Source of the DNA: a virus
DNA length: 51,290 bases
Virus record (IMG/VR): IMGVR_UViG_3300009826_000027
Reading direction: 5' to 3' (one strand)
Positions 49,661 through 51,290 of this stretch are shown here, in pieces (within the stretch, counting starts at the first letter, position 1; the number at the start of each line of letters is the position of its first letter). A program made the position numbers and the translations under genes. Below the pieces are notes generated by a model that ran no database searches, was not told the origin of the DNA, and worked only from the letters and a program-made list of their open reading frames with translations.

Positions 49661-50059
49661 TATGACTCTACTCGAAACTCAAAGGCGTTAAAATAAAACA
49701 CATATAGGCGTGAGTAAACAATCAATCATGTGTTCGATGACTGACAATATAAATATATAATTAATATGTAAGGTATATATGCCATTATATAGATATGAAT
49801 GTTACAAAGGAATAAATATCATGAGTAGACAGGATAACCTCAAACATAAACGTAGACGTAGACGCCGACACTTTACTTTCCAGAACTAGCGAGTCTAAAA
49901 ACGCTTTCAAACAATGATTTATTCAATAAAATACGCCATATTTAAAAGGGGTATGTAATATAAGGTGCATCATAAAGATCGAGTCCATATACGCATTCAC
50001 TACGATAGACAAGCTATTAACATCATTCAATAAAGGCAGGATCTAAAGGATATAAAGAT

Positions 50060-50146
50060 TTAAAATAGGGCCCTATTTTAAAGACTGTCCTATTAACACA
50101 AGACACATTAAAAGTAGGACTTGTATAGTAAGGACCCTGTTTTAAA
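50060..50146. promoter_or_regulatory. 22-bp perfect palindrome plus a third copy of its half-site (AGGNCCCTNTTTTAAA); candidate protein-binding sites
   Basis: The palindrome ttaaaatagggccctattttaa lies at 50060-50081. The half-site aggaccctgttttaaa lies at 50131-50146. Confidence 0.5.
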
Positions 50147-50201
50147 TCGATGGGGGGGTTATAGGGGGGCTCAAGGTAGAATCAAAGACTAGTGTGTCTT
50201 T

Positions 50202-50441
50202 TTATGATGGGGAAATTACTTTCTGATAAAGGCCTAGTATATCATACTCGACTATCTCGTCTATTGCCGATTCTATCGCTAACATTTGATCTGCTTCGCT
50301 TAGTTCATCGGAAGACATCACTATTCGTCCTAGATAAGCACACGTATTATATCCTTTATTTTCATCATAAGCTTGCCATTGCTCAAAATGAGTAAAAGGA
50401 TTGAAGGGATTATCTTTTGTGGTGAGCATAACGTCTTTCAT
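50202..50441 (-). CDS. Hypothetical small protein (79 aa)
   Basis: ORF starting 3 nt after the RNAP stop. The sequence MLTTKDNPFNPFTHFEQWQAYDENKGYNTCAYLGR... recalls a phage family of unknown function. Confidence 0.55.
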   Translation of the reverse strand: MKDVMLTTKDNPFNPFTHFEQWQAYDENKGYNTCAYLGRIVMSSDELSEADQMLAIESAIDEIVEYDILGLYQKVISPS

Positions 50442-50444
50442 CTC

Positions 50445-51290
50445 TTATTTCAAAGCCTCCATTAAAGTCGAAACAGAGATTCCTAATTGAGCTGCGACCT
50501 CTGCTTGAGTGAATCCTCCTGCTAACATCGCCCTTGCTCTTCCTGTATTAACTTGTGCGAGGGGGGTCTGTCTAGGTGTGGCAAGCTGCTTAACTTGATC
50601 TAGATTAGTATTCGTTAAGATGTCGGCCAATCGAGTAGGACTTATTGCCCCTGCTTGAATGGCCTCCCATTCTCTTTCTGAAATAACAATTCTATCCTTA
50701 CCCGCTCCGGTTCTAGCACGAGCTTCGGCTAATGCCTGATTACGTACTTTAGTAAGAGCATCACGATCGGTATCCAAGGAAGGATTTTCTTGTCGTTTAC
50801 GATTTACAATACTTGTCGCTATCATTTGCGCTTGTCGCTCTAAAGGAGCATTCTTATTGGCGGCATTTAAAGCAGCAGTTAATCTGGCCACTTCAGCGGA
50901 ATAAGTTTGTCTTGCCGTAGGACTATAAGAAGTAGGTACTATTCCTAATGACTCTCGACGCGCACTATTAGCTAAAGCCTTTAAGTTATTGGCAAATCCG
51001 GCATAAATCTCTTCTACATGTTGACCAGAGGATAATATGCGCGCATCTGAGGTCTCTGCCATGCGGGTTGTGCGAGTTTGGGTTTTAACCGTTTCCCCTT
51101 TGGCGTTGACAAAAGATTCCGCAACCACCGTAAACTCTCGTTCGCCTGTATGAGGGTTTATAGGCCCCCCTTCTGAAAATCGACGAGGTATCCGCTTGTC
51201 TACATATATCGGAGAACTTGCTCTGGATATGATAGTCGATGCGCCGCCGCGAGCACTACCTTGATATTTAGCATGTAATGCCGCGATACC
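50445..51290 (-). CDS. C-terminal part of the two-barrel RNA polymerase ORF (240 unique codons, 50445-51167; 51168-51290 duplicates 1-123)
   Basis: Codon phase at 51167 equals that of the track ORF 50445..51128 (both positions are 2 mod 3). My translation gives ...RRFSEGGPINPHTGEREFTVVAESFVNAKG.... A C-terminal HTH-like segment GGFTQAEVAAQLGISVSTLMEALK lies at 50448-50519. Confidence 0.75.
   Translation of the reverse strand, partial: GIAALHAKYQGSARGGASTIISRASSPIYVDKRIPRRFSEGGPINPHTGEREFTVVAESFVNAKGETVKTQTRTTRMAETSDARILSSGQHVEEIYAGFANNLKALANSARRESLGIVPTSYSPTARQTYSAEVARLTAALNAANKNAPLERQAQMIATSIVNRKRQENPSLDTDRDALTKVRNQALAEARARTGAGKDRIVISEREWEAIQAGAISPTRLADILTNTNLDQVKQLATPRQTPLAQVNTGRARAMLAGGFTQAEVAAQLGISVSTLMEALK
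51168..51290. repeat. Terminal direct repeat, right copy
   Basis: Identical to bases 1-123. Confidence 0.95.

Noticed and set aside
50192-50395. Plus-strand 67-aa ORF that could be a divergently transcribed regulator next to the non-coding region
   Set aside because: It is entirely antisense to the better-supported minus-strand gene 50202..50441, which is tightly coupled to the RNAP stop. It has no ribosome-binding site.

Overview
The window is a complete dsDNA tailed-phage genome with siphovirus-type tail genes. Bases 1-123 are identical to 51168-51290, so the unit genome is 51,167 bp and is circular or circularly permuted. The linear ends cut through one gene. Every credible gene (about 65) is on the minus strand. 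Most are preceded by AGGAGG-type ribosome-binding sites, and ATGA/TAATG start-stop overlaps are frequent. GTG and TTG starts are used.

Reading in the direction of transcription (descending coordinates):
- **48849-19114, late operon.** It encodes an HNH endonuclease, large terminase, portal, a prohead-protease/major-capsid fusion, connector proteins, the major tail protein and two tail chaperones. Next come an amidase-SH3 lysin, a 2435-aa tape measure, Dit, a Gp37-like tail protein, a fibre, holin-like membrane proteins and a collagen-like fibre.
- **19047-8727, accessory block of about 10 kb.** It holds small, mostly unknown genes: many Cys-rich zinc-ribbon mini-proteins, two or three paralogous membrane proteins, a WG-repeat protein and a lytic transglycosylase. 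The block is divided by rho-independent terminators and carries a 26-nt motif conserved three times.
- **8455-8740, iteron region.** TGCGTCA iterons flank an AT-rich core.
- **8446-1938, replication module.** It encodes a 1300-aa SF3 helicase + AEP primase + family-B polymerase fusion, a gp2.5/DUF2815-like SSB, an SF2 helicase, a VRR-NUC nuclease and a PD-(D/E)xK nuclease.
- **1941 -> 1 / 51167 -> 50445, RNA polymerase gene.** This 887-aa ORF spans the junction. It carries a beta-prime-like double-psi beta-barrel with an exact DFDGD metal motif, so it looks like a YonO/RdRP-like single-polypeptide two-barrel RNA polymerase. It is flanked by HTH modules.
- **48850-50201, non-coding region.** This 1.35-kb AT-rich stretch is packed with inverted and tandem repeats, palindromes and G-tracts.

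I found no integrase, repressor, tRNA or CRISPR array. The most interesting items are:
- the two-barrel RNA polymerase;
- the candidate phage-specific 26-nt promoter-like motif;
- the all-in-one replicase fusion;
- the repeat-rich non-coding region;
- the lysin embedded in the tail module.
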